NCBI GenBank assembly: GCA_943788935.1
Contig: CALSSE010000014.1
Span: forward strand, 22,682 to 86,681
Direction: 5' to 3'
DNA length: 64,000 nt
Source of the DNA: an uncultured bacterium
GTDB taxonomy: Bacteria > Myxococcota_A > Bradymonadia > UBA7976 > VGTA01
The position numbers were made by a program, and so were the translations under genes. Every line of letters starts with the position of its first letter. Position 1 is the stretch's first letter. Shown here piece after piece: positions 55,242-64,000 of the stretch. Under the pieces are notes generated by a model. The model was not told the DNA's origin. It made no database searches and saw only the letters and a program-made list of their open reading frames with translations.

Positions 55242-58200
55242 ATGCCAATGAAGAATATTACTCATCCCATCAACCTGCTGGTTTTACTGCTGACTCTAGT
55301 CAGCTGTGAAAACCCGATTGATGTGAAATTAGATATGACTGTAGAACAAGACAGTCGTGTTAATCCCCCCCCAAATGATATGACCATCACAGCTGATCAA
55401 CAGGCCCCTGATCAAGATGTAGAAGACGGATGTCAATCTCTTGGATCATGTAGTGACTCTGGGGGATGGTGTGAGCCGCTCAACCATCCAGAGTGTTGGG
55501 CAGATGGCGCACCAGTATGTTATGAGGTCGATCATCCTCTGTCTCAGCGCTATTGTGCCGACTCGCCCGTTATTGGATCTCATGGATGTGACTGCCCAGA
55601 GGGTTATCAAGTATCTGTAGAAGGAGATGCCTGCGTACGAACTGAGACCGTCGAAGCGACCAATAACGGAACGCTAATTCAGGTGTGTGCCGCCGAAGAT
55701 AATTCCAATTATGGCAAGTTTGGTGCGCTCTATCCTAATACTGACGGCAATGCCTCAAACGATAATGTACAGAGCTCTCTCTGGGACGAACGACTTAATC
55801 AAGTAGGAGTTTGGGCTTGTGAGAGCGGGAATGCGGGAGCGACTAGACATGAACCGCTCGGCGAGTGGATCGGATTCTCTCATTGTCTCTTAGTCGAAGA
55901 AGCGGGAGATTATCTTTTAGGCATCGCGGGCGACAATCGGGTGAGACTTAAGGTGGATGGTGAGCTGATCTTTGAGAGAGATGACACCTCTACAAGTAAT
56001 TTCAATTATTGGCACCTCAACCGTATCTCATTGACGAGCGGTGTGCACTTTATTGAATTATCGGGCTTAAATGACAATCAAGTAGCGGCTTTTGGTGCTG
56101 AGATCAGCGGACCTTTCCCTGCTGAATCATTACTCACCGAAGAGGCGATGAAAGTTGCAGACTATGAAGGTAAAATCATCTTCTCGACCGAACAGCTGAT
56201 CGATCAAGGTGTTTTTGACCTTGGCGCTGAGAGCGGCTGGACATGTCCCGAAGAAGGCTTTGCGCTCAATACTTGTGGGGATATGCCCACCTGTACACGC
56301 CTTGATACAATCGCTTGTGAAGCATCCGACGAGCCTCCTCCGCCAGATGTAGACTGTGATGAGTTGGGCCGTTGCGCCCCTAATGGTAGCTGGTGTGAGA
56401 GCGCTCGACACCCACAGTGTTGGTCGGGAGATGCGCCCATCTGTTGGGATCCGAGTCATCCCATCTCAATTCGACATTGTGGTGAAGACGTAACAGGAGG
56501 AGATGACTTCTGCGTCTGCCCAGAGGGCTTCTCAGTTAAGCCCGATGGAGACGGTTGCATTAAAGTGACTCAAGATGAGGCGACTTTTAATGGTCAGAGA
56601 TATCTCGTGTGCGATGCCGATGGAAGCTCTGCCTATGGCTGGGGTGGTGCGCTGTATCAAAACACCGATGGCGATCCCACAAATAACAATGTTGTGGATG
56701 CATATTGGGGGTCTACAAGCGCAGCAGATGATGAGAATGGTAGACTTAATCAGGTTGGTATTTGGGCGTGTGATAGCGAGACATCTCAAGTCGGCGTCAG
56801 CCCTGTCGATGAGTGGATCGGCTTCTCACACTGCCTCTCAATAGACAACGCAGGCGATTACCTCATCGGTATCGCAGGTGATAACCGAGTCCGCCTCAAG
56901 GTTAACGGACAGCTCATCTTTGAGCTTGATAATGAGCAGACTCGAAACTTCAACTATTGGCATATGCATAAAGTCTCTCTCACGAGTGGTGTCAATTTCA
57001 TTGAGCTCTCTGGCCTCAATGATGGGCTTATCGCAGCCTTCGGTGCTGAGATCAGCGGTCCTTTCGCTCCTGGGACAATTAACACTGAAGAGGCACAAAA
57101 GACCTCAGATTATGCAGATAAAATCATCTTTAGTACGGGCGATCTCCACGGAGAACTCTTTGACCTCGGCGAGGATAGCGGCTGGTCTTGTCCAGATGGC
57201 GCATCGCTCAACACCTGTACTGATATGCCAGTCTGCTCTACAACCGAGACCGCTGAGTGTATCAATGTGGTGACCCCAATGGACGACTGTGATCATAACG
57301 CAGACACCTGTGGTGATCATACGATTTGCGTTGATACTGACAGTGGTTTCGAGTGTAACTGTGCGCCTGGTTTTGAGGGAGACGGAGTGACGTGTACACC
57401 TGTTGCCTGCCCTGACAACGCGAGTGGCGCACCCGATTGCGCTTGTGATTCGGGCTTTGTCGGGATTCTCACCTTTAACTATGAGTCCAATGAGTGGTTA
57501 GGTACATGTATTATCGCTGATCCTTGTGATGAGATCACGTGTCCTCAAGGAGCGCTCTGTGACCCATGGACCTACGAGTGCGTCGACTGCGCGACTCGCT
57601 TCAGGTGTGTTAATGGTTCATACTGCGAGCCTGCAGATGCTCCATCTTGCTGGGCAGGAGACGCGCCAGTCTGCTACGAACCTTCTCATCCTCTCTCTCG
57701 TCAATATTGTCGTGAAGACGATGTTCCCGCTTCATGTGAATGTCCGGATGGTTATGAAGCCTCACCCAATCAGGACAGCTGTATCAGAATTAACAGCGTA
57801 CCCGCGACTTTCCATGGCACTCAATATGAAGCCTGTGATGCGTATGGTAATCGAGCGTATGGCTGGGCCGGCGCGTTGTACGAAGACACAGATGGTGATG
57901 ACACCAATAACGCGGTCCGAGATCCTTATTGGGGCCAATCGGGTAGCTCTGCTTTAGGTCGACTCAACCAGATTGGCATTTGGTCATGCGCTCCGGACAA
58001 TCCAAATACAGTAGGCTCTGATCCTCTCGGTGAGTGGATCGGTTTCTCACATTGCCTCTCTATTGATCGAGCAGGAGACTACCTTATAGGTATCGCAGGT
58101 GATAATCGTGTACGCTTCAAAGTGAACGGACAAATGGTCTTTGAGCGTAACGATACAAGTACACAGAACTTTAACTACTGGCATCTGCGTAAGGTCTCAT

Positions 58201-61200
58201 TGCAGAGCGGTGTTAATGTCATTGAGTTATCTGGATATAATGATCACGCAGTAGCGGCTTTTGGTGCCGAAATTAGCGGACCTTTCGCGCCAGGATCTAT
58301 CGATACAGAGGCGGCTCAGAAAAGCGCGAACTATCAAGATCATATCATCTTCTCTACAGGACAGATGGAGGGGCAACTCTTCGATATTGGTGAGCAGAGC
58401 GGCTGGTCTTGTCCAGACGTAGATCAAGCTTTAAACACCTGTGCTCCAGAGCCAGAATGTTCTGAGATTGAGCGTGTAGACTGTCTCAATGAGCCCGCAG
58501 ATTGCTCAGAGGCTTATGAGTGTGTGAATGGATCATATTGTGAGACTGGCAGTAATCCTCTCTGTTGGGAAGGTGACGCGCCTGTATGCTTCACGTTTGA
58601 TCACCCGCTATCTCAAGAGCACTGTCCACCTCCGGTAGATTGCTCTAATGCGTACGAATGTGTGAACGGTGCCTACTGTGAGACCGGTGACGAGCCTGCG
58701 TGTTGGGCGGGTGATGCACCGATCTGCTATCCGGTTGACGCCTCGATCTCACTTCGGAACTGCGCGCTTGACCCTTGTGATGGCGTGATCTGTGGCTCTG
58801 AGAACTTCTGTGATTCTGAGACTAGTAATTGCGTCGACTGCTCTGACGCCTATGAGTGTGTAAATGGCGCGTACTGTGAAATCGGTAACGATCCGCTCTG
58901 TTGGGCCGGTGATGGACCCGCGTGTTACACCTCAGAGCACCCGCTCTCAATCCAGTACTGTGAGCAGCCGATCGCGTGTATCTGTCCCGAGGGCTTCAGT
59001 CCGACCCCGAACCAAGATATCTGTGTCCAGAGCACCACTGTCGCCGCGACGAATAACGCGACAACCTATCAGGTATGCCCTGCGGTGAACAGCAGCGCAT
59101 ACGGCTGGGGCGGCGCGCTCTTCGCTGACACCGATGGTGATCCAAATAACAACCGACTCACCACGAACTACTTTAAGCAGCGCCTCAACGATGTGGGGAT
59201 ATGGGCATGTGACGCGAGCCAAGGCACTAGCGGTACGCTACCTGTGGGTGAGTGGATCGGCTTCTCGCATTGCGTCGATATCGAGGTGGGCGGTGACTAC
59301 CTCATCGGCATCGCCGGTGATAACCGCGTACGCTTCAAGGTTAACGGACAAATGGTGTTTGAGCGTAATAACTCCAACACCTCGAACTTCAACTACTGGC
59401 ACATCATCAAGGTTACGCTCAATAGCGGCGTCAACGTCATTGAGCTCAGCGGCCGTAATGATGGTCTGATCGCGGCCTTCGGCGCAGAGATCAGCGGACC
59501 GTTCCCCTCGGGGAGCCTCACGACAGAGGGTCAGCAGATGGCCGCGGATTACGCGGGCAACATCATCTTCTCGACCAGTCAGATGGAGGGTGATCTCTTC
59601 GATATCGGTGAGAACAGCGGCTGGAGCTGTCCTGAAGAGGACTTTGTTCTTAACAGCTGTTTACCTGAGCCTCAGTGTACCCGTCTAGTCTATGAGACTT
59701 GTGATGAGCTGCCTCCTGTAGATGAGTGTGCCGATAACCTTAATGACTGTGATGCTAACGCCACCTGTAATGACCTCCCGCAGGGTTACAGCTGTGTCTG
59801 TAACTTCGGTTATCTCGGTAACGGTACTCAGTGTGACCTCGCGCCATGTCCTGATAACGCGAGCGGCGGCCCACGCTGTACATGCGATGAGGGCTATGAG
59901 GGTCAGCTTAGCTTTGATCCAGACTTGGGCTGGAGCGGTGTATGTGAAGAGATTGATCTCTGCGAGGGTGTGGTCTGCAATGTCGGTGACATCTGTGATC
60001 CAGAGACCGGTAACTGCGTAAATTGTGACCGTTCCTTCGAGTGTGTTAACGGCGCGTACTGCGAGATCGGTGAAGAGTCTTTATGCTGGCAGGGAGATAA
60101 TCCACAGTGCTTTACACCTGATCATCCGCTCTCGCGAGAGAATTGTCCACCTCCGGTAGACTGCTCTAATGCGTACGAATGTGTGAACGGTGCCTACTGT
60201 GAGACCGGTGACGAGCCTGCGTGTTGGGCGGGTGATGCACCGATCTGCTATCCAGTAGACGCGCCGATCTCATTACGCAACTGCGCGCTTGATCCTTGTG
60301 ATGGTGTGATCTGTGGCTCTGGAAATCTCTGTGACTCTGAGACCAGTAATTGCGTCGACTGCTCTGACGCCTATGAGTGCGTAAATGGCGCCTACTGTGA
60401 AATCGGTAACGATCCGCTCTGTTGGGCCGGTGATGGACCCGCGTGTTACACCTCAGAGCACCCGCTCTCAATCCAGTACTGTGAGCAGCCGATCGCGTGT
60501 ATCTGTCCCGAGGGCTTCAGCCCGACCCCGAACCAAGATATCTGTGTCCAGAGCACCACTGTCGCCGCGACGAACAACGCGACAACCTATCAGGTATGCC
60601 CTGCGGTGAACAGCAGCGCATACGGCTGGGGCGGCGCGCTCTTCGCTGACACCGATGGTGATCCAAATAACAACCGACTCACCACGAACTACTTCAAGCA
60701 GCGCCTCAACGATGTGGGGATCTGGGCATGTGACGTGAGCCAAGGCACTAGCGGTACGCTACCTGTGGGTGAGTGGATCGGCTTCTCGCATTGCGTCGAT
60801 ATCGAGGTGGGCGGTGACTACCTCATCGGCATCGCCGGTGATAACCGCGTACGCTTCAAGGTTAACGGACAAATGGTGTTTGAGCGTAATAACTCCAACA
60901 CCTCGAACTTCAACTACTGGCACATCATCAAGGTTACGCTCAATAGCGGCGTCAACGTCATTGAGCTCAGCGGCCGTAATGATGGTCTGATCGCGGCTTT
61001 CGGCGCAGAGATCAGCGGACCGTTCCCCTCGGGGAGCCTCACGACAGAGGGTCAGCAGATGGCCGCGGATTACGCGGGCAACATCATCTTCTCGACCAGT
61101 CAGATGGAGGGTGATCTCTTCGATATCGGTGAGAACAGCGGCTGGAGCTGTCCTGAAGAGGACTTTGTTCTTAACAGCTGTTTACCTGAGCCTCAGTGTA

Positions 61201-63962
61201 CCCGTCTAGTCTATGAGACTTGTGATGAGCTGCCTCCTGTAGATGAGTGTGCCGATAACCTTAATGACTGTGATGCTAACGCCACCTGTAATGACCTCCC
61301 GCAGGGTTACAGCTGTGTCTGTAACTTCGGTTATCTCGGTAACGGTACTCAGTGTGACCTCGCGCCATGTCCTGATAACGCGAGCGGCGGCCCACGCTGT
61401 ACATGCGATGAGGGCTATGAGGGTCAGCTTAGCTTTGATCCAGACTTGGGCTGGAGCGGTGTATGTGAAGAGATTGATCTCTGCGAGGGTGTGGTCTGCA
61501 ATGTCGGTGACATCTGTGATCCAGAGACCGGTAACTGCGTAAATTGTGACCGTTCCTTCGAGTGTGTTAACGGCGCGTACTGCGAGATCGGTGAAGAGTC
61601 TTTATGCTGGCAGGGAGATAATCCACAGTGCTTTACACCTGATCATCCGCTCTCGCGAGAGAATTGTCCACCTCCGGTAGACTGCTCTAATGCGTACGAA
61701 TGTGTGAACGGTGCCTACTGTGAGACCGGTGACGAGCCTGCGTGTTGGGCGGGTGATGCACCGATCTGCTATCCAGTAGACGCGCCGATCTCATTACGCA
61801 ACTGCGCGCTTGATCCTTGTGATGGTGTGATCTGTGGCTCTGGAAATCTCTGTGACTCTGAGACTAGTAATTGCGTCGACTGCTCTGACGCCTATGAGTG
61901 TGTAAATGGCGCGTACTGTGAAATCGGTAACGATCCGCTCTGTTGGGCCGGTGATGGACCCGCGTGTTACACCTCAGAGCACCCTCTCTCAATCCAGTAC
62001 TGTGAGCAGCCGATCGCGTGTATCTGTCCCGAGGGCTTCAGTCCGACCCCGAACCAAGATATCTGTGTCCAGAGCACCACTGTCGCCGCGACGAATAACG
62101 CGACAACCTATCAGGTATGCCCTGCGGTGAACAGCAGCGCATACGGCTGGGGCGGCGCGCTCTTCGCTGACACCGATGGTGATCCAAATAACAACCGACT
62201 CACCACGAACTACTTTAAGCAGCGCCTCAACGATGTGGGGATATGGGCATGTGACGCGAGCCAAGGCACTAGCGGTACGCTACCTGTGGGTGAGTGGATC
62301 GGCTTCTCGCATTGCGTCGATATCGAGGTGGGCGGTGACTACCTCATCGGCATCGCCGGTGATAACCGCGTACGCTTCAAGGTTAACGGACAAATGGTGT
62401 TTGAGCGTAATAACTCCAACACCTCGAACTTCAACTACTGGCACATCATCAAGGTTACGCTCAATAGCGGCGTCAACGTCATTGAGCTCAGCGGCCGTAA
62501 TGATGGTCTGATCGCGGCCTTCGGCGCAGAGATCAGCGGACCGTTCCCCTCGGGGAGCCTCACGACAGAGGGTCAGCAGATGGCCGCGGATTACGCGGGC
62601 AACATCATCTTCTCGACCAGTCAGATGGAGGGTGATCTCTTCGATATCGGTGAGAACAGCGGCTGGAGCTGTCCTGAAGAGGACTTTGTTCTTAACAGCT
62701 GTTTACCTGAGCCTCAGTGTACCCGTCTAGTCTATGAGACTTGTGATGAGCTGCCTCCTGTAGATGAGTGTGCCGATAACCTTAATGACTGTGATGCTAA
62801 CGCCACCTGTAATGACCTCCCGCAGGGTTACAGCTGTGTCTGTAACTTCGGTTATCTCGGTAACGGTACTCAGTGTGACCTCGCGCCATGTCCTGATAAC
62901 GCGAGCGGCGGCCCACGCTGTACATGCGATGAAGGCTACCAAGGTCAACTCAGCTTTGATCCAGATCTAGGCTGGAGTGGTGTATGTGAAGAGATCGATC
63001 TCTGCGCTGGTGTGATCTGTGAGGTCGGCAACGCCTGTGATCCAGAGACCGGTAACTGCGTGAGTTGTGATCGCTCATTTGAGTGCGTCAACGGCGCGTA
63101 CTGCGAGATTGGTGATCAGTCGGCGTGTTGGCAGGGTGATTCACCGCAATGCTATGAAGTTAACCATCCTCTCTCTCAATCTAATTGTCCGCAAATTCCG
63201 ACATGTGATTGCCCACGAGGTTTCTCACCTACGCCAAGTAATGACGCCTGTGTCAAAACTACAAACGTACCCGCCGAGAATAACGCGGTGACTTATCCGG
63301 TGTGTGACGCCGACGGAAACACCGCTTATGGTTGGGCGGGAGCCTTGTATGAGGACACCGATGGCAATCCAGATAATAACCGAGTGAGGGACCCTTATTG
63401 GGGTGTTGGAAACAGCACTACCGAAGGTCGTCTCAACACTGTTGGTATTTGGGCGTGTGACGAACGTACAGGCAGCGTAGGTTCACTTCCAGTAGGGGAG
63501 TGGATCGGCTTCTCGTATTGTCTTGATATCCAGGTGGGTGGAGACTACCTCATCGGTATCGCGGGTGATAATCGCGTACGATTCAAGGTCGATGGTGAAA
63601 TCGACTTTGAGCTTAATAATGGGCAAGGGAGCAGCTTCAACTACTGGCATATTCGTAAGACCTCCCTCACGAGCGGGATCCACGTCATCGAATTATTGGG
63701 TAAGAATGATGGAAGCGTCGCCGCTTTTGGAGCCGAGATCAGTGGGCCATTCCCTCAAGGATCTCTGGATACTGAGCTTGATCAGCAACAAGCGGACTAC
63801 CGCAACAACATTATTTTTACGACTCAAGATATGGTGGGGCAGACCTTTGACATCGGTGAGAACAGCGGTTGGACTTGCCCCGAAGAGACTCAGACGCTCA
63901 ACACATGTGGAAGCGCTCCAACATGTACAGATATCGAGTACATTGAGTGCTTAAGGCCTTAA
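55242..63962 (+). CDS. Giant (2906 aa) Cys-rich lipoprotein adhesin-like protein: 7 copies of a ~250-aa PA14/galactose-binding-like domain with EGF and CVNGxYCE modules
   Basis: Lipobox TLVSC; 7 x EWIGFSxC...GDYLxGIAGDNRVRxKVxG...FNYWH...IELxGxND...AAFGAEISGPF; Ca-EGF motifs such as DECADNLNDCDANATC. Confidence 0.88.
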   Translation: MPMKNITHPINLLVLLLTLVSCENPIDVKLDMTVEQDSRVNPPPNDMTITADQQAPDQDVEDGCQSLGSCSDSGGWCEPLNHPECWADGAPVCYEVDHPLSQRYCADSPVIGSHGCDCPEGYQVSVEGDACVRTETVEATNNGTLIQVCAAEDNSNYGKFGALYPNTDGNASNDNVQSSLWDERLNQVGVWACESGNAGATRHEPLGEWIGFSHCLLVEEAGDYLLGIAGDNRVRLKVDGELIFERDDTSTSNFNYWHLNRISLTSGVHFIELSGLNDNQVAAFGAEISGPFPAESLLTEEAMKVADYEGKIIFSTEQLIDQGVFDLGAESGWTCPEEGFALNTCGDMPTCTRLDTIACEASDEPPPPDVDCDELGRCAPNGSWCESARHPQCWSGDAPICWDPSHPISIRHCGEDVTGGDDFCVCPEGFSVKPDGDGCIKVTQDEATFNGQRYLVCDADGSSAYGWGGALYQNTDGDPTNNNVVDAYWGSTSAADDENGRLNQVGIWACDSETSQVGVSPVDEWIGFSHCLSIDNAGDYLIGIAGDNRVRLKVNGQLIFELDNEQTRNFNYWHMHKVSLTSGVNFIELSGLNDGLIAAFGAEISGPFAPGTINTEEAQKTSDYADKIIFSTGDLHGELFDLGEDSGWSCPDGASLNTCTDMPVCSTTETAECINVVTPMDDCDHNADTCGDHTICVDTDSGFECNCAPGFEGDGVTCTPVACPDNASGAPDCACDSGFVGILTFNYESNEWLGTCIIADPCDEITCPQGALCDPWTYECVDCATRFRCVNGSYCEPADAPSCWAGDAPVCYEPSHPLSRQYCREDDVPASCECPDGYEASPNQDSCIRINSVPATFHGTQYEACDAYGNRAYGWAGALYEDTDGDDTNNAVRDPYWGQSGSSALGRLNQIGIWSCAPDNPNTVGSDPLGEWIGFSHCLSIDRAGDYLIGIAGDNRVRFKVNGQMVFERNDTSTQNFNYWHLRKVSLQSGVNVIELSGYNDHAVAAFGAEISGPFAPGSIDTEAAQKSANYQDHIIFSTGQMEGQLFDIGEQSGWSCPDVDQALNTCAPEPECSEIERVDCLNEPADCSEAYECVNGSYCETGSNPLCWEGDAPVCFTFDHPLSQEHCPPPVDCSNAYECVNGAYCETGDEPACWAGDAPICYPVDASISLRNCALDPCDGVICGSENFCDSETSNCVDCSDAYECVNGAYCEIGNDPLCWAGDGPACYTSEHPLSIQYCEQPIACICPEGFSPTPNQDICVQSTTVAATNNATTYQVCPAVNSSAYGWGGALFADTDGDPNNNRLTTNYFKQRLNDVGIWACDASQGTSGTLPVGEWIGFSHCVDIEVGGDYLIGIAGDNRVRFKVNGQMVFERNNSNTSNFNYWHIIKVTLNSGVNVIELSGRNDGLIAAFGAEISGPFPSGSLTTEGQQMAADYAGNIIFSTSQMEGDLFDIGENSGWSCPEEDFVLNSCLPEPQCTRLVYETCDELPPVDECADNLNDCDANATCNDLPQGYSCVCNFGYLGNGTQCDLAPCPDNASGGPRCTCDEGYEGQLSFDPDLGWSGVCEEIDLCEGVVCNVGDICDPETGNCVNCDRSFECVNGAYCEIGEESLCWQGDNPQCFTPDHPLSRENCPPPVDCSNAYECVNGAYCETGDEPACWAGDAPICYPVDAPISLRNCALDPCDGVICGSGNLCDSETSNCVDCSDAYECVNGAYCEIGNDPLCWAGDGPACYTSEHPLSIQYCEQPIACICPEGFSPTPNQDICVQSTTVAATNNATTYQVCPAVNSSAYGWGGALFADTDGDPNNNRLTTNYFKQRLNDVGIWACDVSQGTSGTLPVGEWIGFSHCVDIEVGGDYLIGIAGDNRVRFKVNGQMVFERNNSNTSNFNYWHIIKVTLNSGVNVIELSGRNDGLIAAFGAEISGPFPSGSLTTEGQQMAADYAGNIIFSTSQMEGDLFDIGENSGWSCPEEDFVLNSCLPEPQCTRLVYETCDELPPVDECADNLNDCDANATCNDLPQGYSCVCNFGYLGNGTQCDLAPCPDNASGGPRCTCDEGYEGQLSFDPDLGWSGVCEEIDLCEGVVCNVGDICDPETGNCVNCDRSFECVNGAYCEIGEESLCWQGDNPQCFTPDHPLSRENCPPPVDCSNAYECVNGAYCETGDEPACWAGDAPICYPVDAPISLRNCALDPCDGVICGSGNLCDSETSNCVDCSDAYECVNGAYCEIGNDPLCWAGDGPACYTSEHPLSIQYCEQPIACICPEGFSPTPNQDICVQSTTVAATNNATTYQVCPAVNSSAYGWGGALFADTDGDPNNNRLTTNYFKQRLNDVGIWACDASQGTSGTLPVGEWIGFSHCVDIEVGGDYLIGIAGDNRVRFKVNGQMVFERNNSNTSNFNYWHIIKVTLNSGVNVIELSGRNDGLIAAFGAEISGPFPSGSLTTEGQQMAADYAGNIIFSTSQMEGDLFDIGENSGWSCPEEDFVLNSCLPEPQCTRLVYETCDELPPVDECADNLNDCDANATCNDLPQGYSCVCNFGYLGNGTQCDLAPCPDNASGGPRCTCDEGYQGQLSFDPDLGWSGVCEEIDLCAGVICEVGNACDPETGNCVSCDRSFECVNGAYCEIGDQSACWQGDSPQCYEVNHPLSQSNCPQIPTCDCPRGFSPTPSNDACVKTTNVPAENNAVTYPVCDADGNTAYGWAGALYEDTDGNPDNNRVRDPYWGVGNSTTEGRLNTVGIWACDERTGSVGSLPVGEWIGFSYCLDIQVGGDYLIGIAGDNRVRFKVDGEIDFELNNGQGSSFNYWHIRKTSLTSGIHVIELLGKNDGSVAAFGAEISGPFPQGSLDTELDQQQADYRNNIIFTTQDMVGQTFDIGENSGWTCPEETQTLNTCGSAPTCTDIEYIECLRP
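58623..63185 (+). repeat. Three near-identical 1521-bp (507-aa) tandem units
   Basis: Unit starts at 58623, 60144 and 61665. The third unit diverges after about 62930. Confidence 0.95.
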
Positions 63963-64000
63963 AGCTAAAGTTGTTGATGACTGACTGTCGATGATTTGTA

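Noticed and set aside
1599-63954. Many short antisense or alternate-frame ORFs in the track (for example the SPALI, QRQA, GRRR and QQIWRS repeats)
   Set aside because: They are shadows of long coding genes and their tandem repeats.

Overview
This is a bacterial chromosome segment, probably from the Myxococcota or a close deltaproteobacterial lineage. That is an inference from MYXO-CTERM-like tails, MopE-type Cys/Asp repeats and sigma54 promoters. A few core genes (recN, trpS, DUF1338, a GT2) sit among about 20 secreted or lipoprotein genes, many with tandem-repeat linkers, Ca/Cys-rich repeats and hydrolase or lectin-like domains (NlpC/P60, sulfatase, metzincin, acid phosphatase, L-lectin, RCC1), ending in a 2906-aa repeat lipoprotein. 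Main observations: (1) two ORFs carry an internal MYXO-CTERM-like anchor followed at once by a second export signal, so they may be polyproteins cut into two surface proteins, and one resembles a fused TraA/TraB-like pair; (2) an LPG-synthase-TM (flippase-like)-UPF0182 fusion and a DMT pair with opposite charge bias; (3) a 1-nt deletion in a 15-bp repeat that separates the first giant ORF from its apparent true start; (4) decayed mobile DNA: an RCC1 gene between two inverted IS903-like ends, a nested IS3 stub and a group II intron DV/DVI relic; (5) rfbB/rfbA and lipoprotein pseudogenes. I saw no rRNA, tRNA or CRISPR array. All domain calls come from recognising motifs by eye, not from database searches.
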